Shown here in pieces: positions 25,961 through 37,700 of a stretch of 64,000 bases of DNA; position 1 is the stretch's first letter; the number at the start of each line of letters is the position of its first letter. The notes under the pieces were generated by a model, which saw nothing but the letters and a program-made list of their open reading frames with translations, was not told the origin of the DNA and ran no database searches. The stretch covers positions 5,743,909-5,807,908 of the forward strand of contig CM074804.1 in assembly GCA_037447605.1 (NCBI GenBank), written 5' to 3'. The DNA comes from Zygnema circumcarinatum SAG 698-1b (Eukaryota; Plantae; Zygnematophyceae). Position numbers and translations under genes: made by a program.

Positions 25961-26258
25961 CCACTTCCAGATTCCGAACCATTGGATGGCAATGGTAGCC
26001 AACCATTGCCGCCAAATCGAAACAACCATTGCCAATCGTTCGAGAGTTTTGTAATTTATGTTTGATTTTCATATCAAACATTGTCGCGACTTTGTGATAT
26101 ACTATGGCTGGAGCACGTCTTTCCATACATAATTATATAGTCGTGAGTCCGAATCCGGCTATCGGAGAAGAAAATTTTGCGTTTTTCTCTTTAATGGTTC
26201 CAACCACTTTAATGGTTCCAACCAATGGTTGCGAACCATTGAAAGTGTTGAAGCATTG

Positions 26259-26387
26259 GACCGTGTTGGTGGACTTCCGCCGCTCCCTCCTCGCGATATG
26301 CCTCACATCGGTGACCTTCGCGGCTGCTTCTAGGGGCTGCGTTGTTGTGCCTAGGCGTAGTTTTCCGCTTTTAGCTTCGTTCTATTG
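26259..26387 (+). mobile_element. 5'-truncated CRE-like retrotransposon 3' end (copy B)
   Basis: Near-identical to ~27496-27622 (gaccgtgttggtggacttccgccgctccctcctcgcga...tagcttcgtt-tattg). Confidence 0.85.
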
Positions 26388-26563
26388 CACAGTTCGGACC
26401 AGTGGATCGGCAACCATTGGACAACCATTGGATGGCAATGGTTGGACGTCTACTGGTTGGCAACCAGTCGAATGGTTGTTTCGATCTGGCGGTACTGGTT
26501 GGCAACCAGTCGAATGGTTATATCCATTAAATCAAATGGTTGGCAACCATTTGATCGCGATCC

Positions 26564-27715
26564 ATTTTTCGCGAGTTACGAGAGGCCCCTGCACCGATTG
26601 CGTCCCTTTTTCCTTTTGTGCGCACATTTTATTCTCGTTCGAGCCCGCTCCTTTTTCCTCTTGGCGATGCATCTGGTGGAGTGGCGACCTTGGAGTCTGC
26701 GACCGGGACTCGCCAAGGCGACCCTTTAGGAGGTCCTTTGTTCGCTTTGGCGCACATTCGTGCGCTTCGAGCTTCGGCACAGGCTTTTCCAGGCTGCCTT
26801 TTTCCATCAGTGGCCGACGATACTCATATCATTGGCCCTGCTGACCAGGTCGTTGCCGCGTTTACTGATTTTACTACTCGATTGGCCGCTATGCGTTTGA
26901 CGGTAAATTTGTCGAAGTGTTTTGCTTGGTCTCCGGTTGGTATCCCTTCTACCCTTTCGCTCCCTTGTGGTATCCAGACTTGTGCTGATGGAATTGGTAT
27001 TCGTGTTTTAGGCTGCCCTTTCGGCGTTGCATCTTATGTTGATCGTTTTGTTGATGATGCTTTGGTTGAGGATACGTCTCAGGTCGATGAGCTTCCACAT
27101 CTTTCAGATCCTCAGGTGGCTTTTTCTTTGCTTACTCGTTGTTTTGCGTTGCGTCCGTCATACCTTTTGCGAACTCTCCCTCCTAACCCTGCTTTCCTTG
27201 AGTCATTGCGATCTTTCGATGAGCGTTTGTTTTCTGTATGTCATCGCCTTTTGGGTCCTGGTATTTNNNNNNNNNNCGGCCGACGAGTTTGTTCCTATGG
27301 CTATTGAGATTTTTGGCTGCCTCGACACCTGTTTGGACACCTTCCTTTGCCAGTGCGCCCATCACTCCTTCGAGATGCACGGCCCCGGAAGCCCTCCTCC
27401 GGCGATCTTGGCTACCTTTTATCGACAACGTATTTCCGTCGCCCTTCAGCGTTGCCTCGCTTCTACGCTACTTCGGCGTGCTGCAGTTGTTGGTGACCGT
27501 GTTGGTGGACTTCCGCCGCTCCCTCCTCGCGACGTGCCTCACATCGGTGACCTTCGCGGCTGCTTCTAGGGCTGCGTTGTTGTGCCTAGGCGTAGTTTTC
27601 CGCTCCTAGCTTCGTTTTATTGTGTTTCGGTCCTTTCTGACCAGTCCTTCGTGGTTCCACATTTTGCCTTTATCCATGTAAATTTGATGGCCTCGCCATC
27701 GCGAGTTCAATGAAA
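26564..27715 (+). mobile_element. Non-LTR retrotransposon, CRE-like clade with restriction-like endonuclease; 5'-truncated, with assembly gap at 27267-27276
   Basis: RT motifs IFRELR...LFPFVRTFY, GTRQGDPLGGPLFAL, SVADDTHIIG, LTVNLSKC and VLGCPFG. After the N gap comes the RLE tail FVPMAIEIFGC...FYRQRISVALQR, with stop at 27567-27569 and a 3' UTR to ~27715. Confidence 0.88.
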
Positions 27716-27904
27716 GTTTGCGCCGAGGCGTTGGCAACCATTAAATCACTAGTTGTAGCGAACTGAACGCTACAGCTACCAAAATGCCGTAGGCGTTTCG
27801 GAGAAAACTATTACGGTTCGGCCGTACAGAATCCCCGTACAATCATACGACTCGGCTGTACGAATCCGTACGCATCTGTACGCATCAGGCTTGTTACACT
27901 AGTT

Positions 27905-28335
27905 GTCAACGGTTGGCAACCCACCAAAAAACACATATGACCCATTTTTGCAATTTTTTTTTTAATTTCAGAAATTCAATGGTTGCCAACCATTGGATCA
28001 CTGGTTCCGAACCAGTCGAATGGTTGTTTCAGTCCTGCGCCACTGGTTCGCAACCAGTCGAATGGTTGTTTCGATCCGGCGGCACTGGTTGGCAACCAGT
28101 CGAATGGTTGTTTCGGTCCGCAACCACTGGTTGCCAACCAGTCGACTGGTTTGTCTAATGGTCCGATCTGTGTTCTATTGTGCTTAGGTCCTCTGCGAAC
28201 AGTCACTCGTGGTTCCCAATCTTGCTTTGGTCCATTGATGGCTTCGCCATCGTGAGTGCAATGAAATTTCCTCTAACGTATTGGATCGTCCGACCATTGC
28301 CAAGCAATGGTTGTCCAATGGTTGCCGACGCAATG
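27905..28335. repeat. AACCATT-family array with a 42-bp tandem unit (x3.5) and a fourth CRE 3'-UTR remnant (~28171-28266)
   Basis: Units start at 28010, 28052, 28094 and 28136 (aaccagtcga-tggtt...actggtt-gc). Each junction forms ACTGGTT-nnn-AACCAGT. Confidence 0.85.
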
Positions 28336-28363
28336 GTCCTACCTGGGGAGTACTTGTCCATGG

Positions 28364-29542
28364 ATGGCGGGGAGAGTGGCGGGAGGAGAGAGGACGACGG
28401 CGGGGAGGAAAGCTTCTAACGAGCACGAGGACGAAGAGATGAACGACCTGGAGGAAAACCAGGAGGAGGAGGACGAGGGAGACGACGACCTGGAGGGTGA
28501 GGAGGAGTTGGAGGCAGGGGAGGACGACGTGGAGGGTGAGGAGCAACAGGAACAGGAGGAGGAGGAGGAGGAGGAGGAGGACGTGGAGGGTGAGGAGGAG
28601 GAGGAGGTGGAGGAGGAGGAGGAGGAGGAGGAGGAGGAGGAGGAGGAGGAGGAGGACGAGGAGGAGGAGGACGAGGAGGAGGAGGAGGAGGAGGAGGAGG
28701 AGGAGGAGGAGGAGGAGGACGTGGAGGGTGAGGAGGAGGAGGAGGTGGAGGAGGAGGAGGAGGAGGACGTGGAGGGTGAGGAGGAGGAGGAGGTGGAGGG
28801 GGAGGAGGCGGAGGACGTGGAGGGTGAGGAGGAGGAGGACGACGTGGAGGGTGAGGAGGAGGACGACGTGGAGGGTGAGGAGGAGGACGACGTGGAGGGT
28901 GAGGAGGAGGTGGAGGGGGAGGAGGAGGAGGACGTGGAGGGTGAGGAGGAGGAGGACGTGGAGGGTGAGGAGGAGGTGGACGTGGAGGATGGTAAGGAGG
29001 AGGTGGAGGAGGACGACGTAGAGGGTGAGGAGGAGGACGAGGAGGAGGACGTGGAGGATGGTAAGGAAGAGGCGGAGGAGGAGGCGGAGGAGGACGACGT
29101 AGAGGGTGAGGAGTTGGAAGAGGTGGAGGGTGAGGAGGAGGAGGTGGAGGGGGAGGAGGAGGAGGAGGAGGAGGAGGAGGAGGAGGAGGAGGAGGAGGAG
29201 GAGGAGGAGGAGGTGGTGGTGGAGGTGGAGGAGGAGCAGAAGGAGGAGGAGGAGGAGGAAGAGGAGGAGGAGGACGTGGAGGATGGTAAGGAGGAGGTAG
29301 AGGAGGACGGCGTAGAGAATGAGGAGGAGGAGGAGGAGGAGGAGGAGGAGGAGGAGGAGGAGGAGGAGGAAGACATCGATGAGGAGGACCAAGAGCTGAG
29401 GGAGGAGGGGGAAGGTGGGCCGCTGATTGATGAAAGGCGGTTGGTGGACTACCCGAAGGTGCACCTCCTTATGACTTGCCAGGCCTTGATGAGAAATATC
29501 TTCACCAGCGAGCATGAAGTTCGGCTTCGTAGAAGGTGGTGA
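28364..29542 (+). other. ~1-kb (GAG)n-based repeat with an open poly-Glu/Asp frame (DVEGEEE units); coding status uncertain
   Basis: Track ORF 28307-29542, with ATG at 28364 (MAGRVAGG...). Unique tail DQELREEGEGGPLIDERRLVDYPK. Followed by an AT-rich (TTA)n tract at ~29650-29760. Confidence 0.5.
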
Positions 29543-30344
29543 CAGTTTTGCCCTTGTCCATGACTTTATGGGCAATCAATTATAGAAGATGGAAGGAGGG
29601 AATCATGCCATTTTTGAAGGAAAGGAGCTGCATAGGGAATTTGTATAGTGATTAATATTAAATATAATATTAATAATAATATAATATTTATAATATTTAT
29701 TATATTATATTATTATTATTTATATTTATTTGTATTATTATTTTTATTATTATTATTGTGATATTCCCTCAGCAATGACACAATACTAAATTAAGCGAAA
29801 TGCTAGCTACCAAAAGAGAAGTCTAACATCCAGTTCCTCCTTAGTGCCGTTGGGTCCACTGTCAAATGGTTTTGAGGATCTTCTGAAGTGAAGACTTTCC
29901 GTTGAATGGATGGCTTTCCGTTGTATGGATAGCTGAAAAGTACCAAAGATTGATTGTGGAATAGAGGTCCAATGCATAAGAAAGACTATACAGCAACTTA
30001 CAGCGTTCTCCTGTTCTCCAGAGCTTCAATTGCGAGCACACCTTCTTGTGTAGCTACAGTAGCGCATTAAGCCACTTAAAAATATGCTGAGTAGACCGCG
30101 CGGCAAGATTTTGGGTTCAAGTCACAATCGGCGCGGGTATGGTTTAGATGTTCTATTTTCTTGCACGCTTCTGTACCTAGATGTGGCATACCACAATCAA
30201 TCTTAGAAGAAGCTGAAGGTTTATACTGCAAGCAGGAATCAAGGGCTGTTGCATTGCTTGGGATGGAATGGCTTTGGTGTAGAACTTGGAGCAGTATCAC
30301 TCCTTGCTTGGCCCATGGACCGCTCGGGGCCTGAGTTGTAAAGG

Positions 30345-32770
30345 CAATCAGTTTTGGCTATCGTGCTGTTCATTCTGACAAACGTGCCTCATTCTGGAAG
30401 CCTACTGATTCACATAACCTTGTCATGGAATGTGTGGCTCGTGGCAATGCGAATGGTGGGGCAGAATGGTGAGTGGTTGCTGGCCACTGAGACCATTGGC
30501 GCGGAAGGAGCCGTTGTTACTTCACGAAAACAAGTTGGTATTTCACAGCGTCCCTTTTTGAAAGTCATCCATTAGCTTCACGACTTTGGCTTGTTACTTA
30601 CGTGGAGGTGGAGGCGCTTTTTCATGTACCAGTATATATGCCTTTTAGAATGTTACCATATTTGAATTCTCTCGAATTTGTTACTCATTCTTACAGATGC
30701 TGCGCTACCATTTCCCATCGTTAGCTTCTGTATTCAATACACATTGAATGCGGCACACTGATTGCAAGTCTAAGATTAGCCCGCGTTAATTAATGCATTA
30801 TACAAGATGCGTTTTTGGATCCAGCATTGCTGTTGTTGTGGAATGATCTATAGCTGCCAGGCCTGGCCTGACCCGCCCAACTTCTGGAAATGAATTTTTT
30901 AGTTGACATTTTTTGCACAGGGAAGGCAAAGTGCAGGTATAAGCTTTACTTTGGGTGGCATCAAATGCAGCGAGTGCTTTACTTCATCTAAATGATGGTC
31001 TGCATGTAACACATGCTCGCACTCAGACAAGTCTGTTGGTGCATTGGTTGGTATATTGCTTTATGACAGGCCAATCATGGAGGAAAGGATACTTCGTCGC
31101 GAGAGTAAGGTGGTTGCTTTAAACTTTTCCTTGTATTTAGGGTGAGTTGAATCAGCTGCTGTGAAATTTTGGTTGTGCGGTGTTGCGAGCAATCGGAGGT
31201 AATATATGTTTGAGGCTTGTTGGGTTCATGCATTTCTCATGATTTGAAAGACCTACTGCCATAGCTGTTTGTCGCAAAAGTCTTGAGCGAAGGTAGAGCA
31301 CCTTATGGCCTGGTATTCTTTGAGAGGAGTTGGAATTTTTTTTAACAGTGGGACGGCGAATTTTATTCGGTACGAGATAGCTCTGTTATTGTTTTGAAAT
31401 GCTGATTACATGTGAAGCACTAGAAACCTTCGCAGATTTAATGTGTATGGTTCCCACGTATGATTCAAGATAGGACACCCTGAAGAATTAGGTCTATGCT
31501 TCGTTCGAACTCATGTTCACCCATTGAAAGGGTCGGAGCGCTTTTGTTTCACAAACAATCAGGTGATGCTTTTGGGCCTTGGCGGGACAGTTTTATCTGG
31601 AGCTCCTCAGGGCCGTCGAAGAATCTGCAAAAAGTTATTCGGTCCGCCCTTCTGCCAAGTTTGTATTAAGGACAACAGTCGATGAAGCTTTTGAGGCGGC
31701 TCTTGCAGTTAGTAGCCACGTGCAGCAGATGGTATTGGAGAGAATGCGTGAAGGGGGCCGTAAAGCTTCCGAAGTAGCTCCGAAGTTGGACGATTCCAGG
31801 AGCTTTCAGAAATGGAACGAAAAGGTGGGGGATCAGGTTGCTCTTGCAGCGTGGGCCTTGGTCGGCCGGCTACTTGCGGCAGACTTAAGTGAGTGCACAA
31901 ATATCTCTTATCTTGATGCAGAGCACATTTGCTGCAAAGTGTTCCTTTAGGGAAACAGGAAAAGAGCAAAATGTTCCTGTCCTCTAGGCACTCTGGTTTA
32001 CAAGGGTCAGTCTTAAGTGGAACCAGATTTCGAATGGTAATGGCAGTGCTTGAGAAAGTCTGTTGCTATATGGCAGAGTCAGGAACGAAGAAGCGGAGGC
32101 GTGACGACGAAACAGGCGAAGTAAACGACCTTGCGGATTTATGCGTGGATCTGCCTAATGTGTCGGTCAGGTGCGTAAAAGCATATGAGGCAATTGGTAA
32201 ATGCTCAACGGAGCGTTCTAGATTGAAAATTTTAGAAGTTTATGATACTTCAAGAATGTAGTGTGCTGTCTTTAACAAGTGCTCTGAGGCTTGTTGTTTG
32301 AGAGAGTCAGGTGACCAGAATACAAGAGTGGGCATAGAGATTAAGAGGTAAGTAAAGTTTTTTGAAAGGTAATAGCTGGAACGCAGGAAGGGGACTTCCG
32401 GGTTATGAGAGACTAGCCTCTAAACCGAGCAACTTGTGATTCAGGGACTGCATAGTTATGATCAATTGTTTTCATTGCATTGGTGTGGGACCTCTGGGCT
32501 GGCGGAGGGCGCAGAGTGACTGCAAACCTGAGACGGCGGATAACGACTCTTGCATCTGTGGACTAGACACCGCGCGGCCATGTATTGGTGCCTCTCGCAG
32601 AAAGGTCGGGTCGGGTGTTTCTGCAGAGCGAAGTAGTTGTAAGAGGCGTCCCTCCCATGCAGTTTGCAGTCCACACCGGTTTGCAGAGATGCATTTGCCC
32701 GCCGCCATGCTGCCTTGCAGCTGTGGATTGCTCCGGTCCGGGCTGTGAGAATAGATGTGTCCCATGATGG
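30345..32770 (+). pseudogene. Degenerate coding remnants of unknown family (possibly transposon-derived)
   Basis: Protein-like fragments at ~30347-30470 (AISFGYRAVHSDKRASFWKPTDSHNLVMEC, ending at a GTGAGT donor), 31579-31950, 31929-32261 (frameshifted relative to the previous one) and Cys-rich 32460-32770. No continuous frame and no family recognised. Confidence 0.3.
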
Positions 32771-33780
32771 GAGTTTTACAAGGGCCTATATATGGTCATG
32801 AGGGCATTCCTCTCCGTGCCTTTCAAATGGGAAAAGAGTATGAAAGTATCGGCTTGCTTGGGGCTTGGGACGTTGGAAGTAATTGTGAAGCTGGATGGTT
32901 TTTTCACTCGATATTTTTGTTTACTTTCAAATGAGCTGTTCTCGGACGTATGACTCGGCCTGTGGTGATGGCATGATTCATAAACTGAACCAATTCATAA
33001 CACTGTTTGGTTGTCGACTGCCAAAAGCTTGGCTAGTTGAGCTTTACTTTATTCCAGCAGTAACAAAACTTTTGATACTTCTTCAGATAACTAGTAGAAC
33101 TTCGGCAATGGAAACAGTGAGGGGCTAAAAACACCATGTGTTCTATGTGGTTCAGACGCCAAATTCGCAAAAGTTTTGCACAGCAGTCAGAAAAAAGCAT
33201 TCTAAACTCATGGTATGGTGAAGCAAACCACCAGTGGTGTGCTTACCTAAATCTTACTGAAGGAATTGCATTTAGCGAGAAAAGAAGTGGAAACAAATCA
33301 CATTCCACAGATTTGTAACTCTAACTTGCCACTTCAATCATGTCGCATGCCGAGTCGCGGTGATATTTTTTCCTTTCCCAAGCTCGAATTTCTAAGTAGC
33401 AACAGGCGATAATGAGAAGAGAAGCCACTTGGCGGGCATAGAGGAAGGCAGTCGTAGTGACAAACATCCTAAACCACTTCCAGCTGGCAAGTTCAATGCC
33501 TCGTCTTACTTCCAATGATAGGAGCAAATTGATCAAATTAAGCTTAGAATCAATATTGTCCACGACATGAAAAGATTGTGCACCCGTAGCTTCGCCAGTT
33601 AGAATTTGGATGACAAGCTAAAAATGCGCTTGACATAATCATCAGCACGAGCTCGTCTTGAGCCCTTAAAGACTGACCCAAAAAAAAATGAAAAAAAGCG
33701 AATACCACTGATAACATGTATACAGCGATCATTTCCTGAAAAATGGACATGCGGCCTCTCCTACAACTCTACGATGACTA

Positions 33781-34215
33781 TCACCTCTGGTATCCATCCC
33801 CCGGGGCATCATTGATGTGGTAGCTTTGTCCCATAACATAGTATTTTCCAGCGACGGGAGGAAGCTCCTCAGTAACCTTCTCGGCGTTCTCTGCCGGCGC
33901 TTCTGAATCCGGAGCAGCAGCAGCTGCAACCTCTGCTCCTTCCGAAGGGAAGTGCTCTAAAGATCGAGGCACGTCTGCCCTGCGGTTGTCCCGCGTGTGG
34001 TAGGCGATGCGGTAGACATTGTCAGGCTCGGCCTGCGGGACGAGGACGCGCAAAGTTTGCGAGGCCGGCGCGATAGGACGGTAGGTTCCGGCTTGAGAGA
34101 CGGACTCCAGAAAGTCAGAGGCGACGACTGGACCTGTGATCTTCCATGGCGGCTTGAAGAACTTGCCGACCTCCTTGGCGACGCGGGACAGCCCCGAGAG
34201 AGCGGAGGACGCCAT
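33781..34215 (-). CDS. NDUFA7: Mitochondrial complex I subunit B14.5a (NDUFA7), plant type, intronless
   Basis: MASSALSGLSRVAKEVGKFFKPPWKITGP...YRPIAPAS...VPQAEPDNVYRIAYHTRDNRR...GDGYQR*. This matches the plant B14.5a pattern (KPWxITGP...EYR...P...VYxIxYxxRDxRR...GGY). Confidence 0.85.
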   Translation of the reverse strand: MASSALSGLSRVAKEVGKFFKPPWKITGPVVASDFLESVSQAGTYRPIAPASQTLRVLVPQAEPDNVYRIAYHTRDNRRADVPRSLEHFPSEGAEVAAAAAPDSEAPAENAEKVTEELPPVAGKYYVMGQSYHINDAPGDGYQR

Positions 34216-34797
34216 GGCGAGTCGCACTAACACCCTTCTCCCCCTCCTCACCTCCTAACCCTAAAACGCCACCTGCGCTGCAGCCTGCAGACTGCAGAGA
34301 GCAGGCCTGCAGGACGCTCCATGTGTCGTCCAGTCCCCAGCATCCCGATTTCCGCAACTACGCTGAGACTGGAACTGGCGTCTCATGACGTCCGCGACAC
34401 GTGTCAGTGCTTTGGCGGCATAAGCGGAGGTCGAGTTTTCACACGTGTGAGAGCGGACCTCTCGCACGTGCGAGAATCGCAGCCGCTCTCCACCCGCCAC
34501 GTCAGCGGCGCCGCCCGCTGGGACGGGACAGGAGGGGCGGGCGGCCCTCCCTCGCTGCGCGGCCGTCATTGGGCGGCGCCCGTCGGCCGGGCCAGTCATG
34601 GGATACCACGTGGACACCCTGCATTACGTGGCAGTCTGTGATTCGTCCAGTTCAGAGCAGAGTCACGGAGGCCCGCCCTCGCCGGGCCGCGGCCCCGTGC
34701 ATTGAGCGTTCTGTTGCTCTCGCGGAGGGGAGGGAGGGAGAGAGAGCGGTCCTTCGTCTGCTGGTGCTGGTGCTGGTGGTGCTTCAAGAGGGAAACT

Positions 34798-37700
34798 ATG
34801 GCGGACGAGGCAGTGCGCGCGCCTCTGCTGGACGCGCGGGCATGGCTGCAGGAGAGCTGGGGCGCGAGGGCGCAGGAGCGGCTGGTGAAGGACGTGGGCA
34901 AGGGAGCGCAGCTGGCGGAGAGGAGCGCTCGGTTCTGGACGCGCTCAGTCGGAATTTACGCGTCCTATAAGGTGAGTTTCCTGGGGATCTGCGAATGCCA
35001 GTGCCTGCGGAGCACTGGCTCTAGTTTGAGTTGATGCAAGGTCAATGGAGGAGTCAGGGGAACAACAGAGTAGTTTCTGGATGGGTAGGGCCTACACGCC
35101 GGGCTCTCTTATAGGGGAAAGTAAATGAAATAGGCGCATTTGCCATTGGATAAGCACGGTGCAGGTTCTGGTGCCGCATTTTATTTGTTGGAGCTTCAGC
35201 CAATTGCTTTGAGATTAGGAGAAAAGGGAACATGCGAAATATAGTAGTTGTTTCTTAGTCTCATTACAACACGTGTTATATGGTTTAACTGCTATGGTGG
35301 ACGAGAGGCTTTACTTATTCATCTGCAACTTAACGTTTCAATCGAATTCATGGTTTTTCTTGAGAAGTTGACGCTTAAGTTCCTCATTGTGACAAGATAC
35401 CCCTTGAAGCCGTGTCAATATTCCATGTTGGAGTTTAACTCACAGAATTGGAATGATAAAGGCAATTTTTACTCAATTCCAATATTTTCGGTACAATTGC
35501 AGCTGTATGTGAGCTTCTAATCGCAAAATCTGATTCAAACATTTTAAAGAGTGATTGGACTATGTCTGCCTCGCACCTTCAGTTCTGATTTATTTGTCCT
35601 TTCATGCTTCCGAAGACATGGATAATCTGCTTTCCGATTTCATAAGTGCTAATGTGTTTTTTCCAAATTCAGTTAATTTCTTGTTCTTCCAAAAGGAAAA
35701 TTTACTAGTTAAACTCATTTTATCATGGAATGCGTCAGATTAAGAAATTTAATGGGGCAAGTAATGACACAGATTTTTTATGAGATCGTCTTTCTACTAC
35801 TTCTCTCAGTTTGTTGAGAACATGGAGCGTCGTTTGAAACTTGGCCAGAATATAACCACCTTTTCTCCTGTACACTCTTCCTGTGAAAGCTGACTCGGAG
35901 ACCGCTTTTCTTGGTTGTAAGAGAGCTTTTTGTTTTTTGAACTGCCAAAGATAGTCTGAAGGACCTTGTCCTGCTTACAATGGCAGGTCTGTCAGCTTCG
36001 AGCGCGGATGGTTTCAGATCCCAACGAGCGAGATCGCATTTGGGAAGAGCATCACGAGGCCGCAGCAGACCGCATTTATCGAATGTGCGTCGACTTGGGA
36101 GGCTTCTTCTTGAAGGTGAACTCTCCGGACTGTCTCTTTAGAGCCATAGATGCGAGCTGCGCATACTAAAAACTTAAATAACGTGAATGCAATCGCCACA
36201 AACCGAGACTTGTTCAAGGGTCGTCTGCAGTGGAGTGTCTGTCTTTCCCGTCCTACATCTCTCACTCCTCCCATCCACCATTCCCTCCTTTTGAAGCCCC
36301 TCTCCCTCTCCTTCTCCCTCTCCTGGGCGGGCAGGCCGGGCAGTTCCTGGCGAAGCCCGACCTTGTCCCCGCGGCGTGGGTTCGCCGCCTCTCGGTCCTG
36401 CACGACGCCGCGCCCGCGGACCCCTTCCCGGCCGTACGGACCATCCTGGAGAGGGAACTGGGGGGGGACCTCGCCCGCTTCTTCGACTCCCTCGAGGAGA
36501 GACCCATCGGGTCGGCCTCCATCGCGCAGGTCAGCACTGGGACTCCGCAGGCAGGGGAGGGGGGAGGGGGGAGGGGGGGGGGATGTTCTGGGATGACGGG
36601 TTTTGCCGGCCACTTCCTTGTTCGTTTATGGAAACGTTTGTGAATGCAGATTCGCAGGTGTCAGATGCAAACTCTCTCTGCAGCAGTGCTAAACCTCAGA
36701 GTTCGTGCACGTGCTCTGTATTTCAGTTGGAGGGGGGTGACCTTTTATGTCAAATAAGAAAAGGGCACGTGCGTGAAGTGTGCCCGTTATGTGTAAATGG
36801 CGGCTGATAGAGCTGGCAGCTATAGTTTCTTATACAGTCCGCATTTCGTTAAACCCAACTTTACATTTACACTCTGTCAACGTACGGGGGCTGATATGAC
36901 CAACGGGAGATTTTGGGCTATCAGCAAGTCATTTTTTTGCGCTCTTTACATAACGGCCTCTGTTAGTGTTTCTGAGTTGTATTTGCATGTTTGTTCGGTG
37001 GCAAAGATTCGCCTGACTGAGTATAATAAATTCCTGATATTCTACTGCAGGTTCATCGCGGTCGATTGAAATCAAATAAAAAGGAGGTTGCCGTAAAGGT
37101 GAGTCTTACTCACCTCGTCCATTGAGTCCTGACGACTGTGAGGATTATGCCAGTCATAAGACAAATCCTGCGATGTTGTGCATCAGTAGGGAAGTTCACA
37201 CGGACCTGCCTCAATGTGCATGGCAGGTGCAGCACATGGGCATCGAGCCTCTCATGATGGCGGATTTGACAAATTACAAAGCATTCGCCGCATTCTTGCA
37301 AAAGGTGGAGCTGCCGTTCGACGTTCTTTCCATCCTAAACGAGCTGGAAAAGCAGGTCCGAAGTCCGGCCATCATTTCCCGCAGAACGGGTTCAGGACAT
37401 AGCTACCTCTTCTTTCGCCTTGTAATTCCGTAAGGGAGGATGAGGTTCTGAATCTGCAGATGTCATTCCTGTCCTCTTGACGGAAGATATTCTTTCCTGT
37501 CTCTCTTCGCTGAACCTTTGACCAGGTCAAACACGAGTTCGATTTTCGTTTAGAAGCGCAGAGTATGGTGGAGATTGGAGATTCTTTAGCGCGTGGAGGC
37601 GTCAGCAAGCCCGGCAATAAATCTTCTAAGGAGCGCAGCTACTCGCCAATCATTGTCCCCCGCCCTGTGCCCGCCATGGTCACCCGGTAAGCTCACTCTC

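Larger units (their letters stand above)
25707..26560. repeat. AACCATT/AATGGTT palindromic repeat array interrupted by two CRE 3'-end fragments
   Basis: Dense aaccatt(g)/(c)aatggtt motifs at 25707-25800, 25976-26040, 26190-26260 and 26405-26555. A 42-bp unit (aaccagtcgaatggtt...actggttggc) occurs at ~26462-26520. Confidence 0.8.

Noticed and set aside
27747-27910. CACTA transposon terminus (CACTAGTTGT)
   Set aside because: Both copies are in direct orientation, and no matching inverted end or 3-bp TSD was found in the window.
28010-28160. 42-bp repeats as a CRISPR-like array
   Set aside because: The units are contiguous and similar along their whole length, with no unique spacers and no cas genes, in a eukaryotic context.
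28184-29575. Poly-Leu (463 aa), poly-Ser (345 aa) and poly-Arg ORFs
   Set aside because: Alternative frames of the (GAG)n triplet repeat, which lacks stops by construction.
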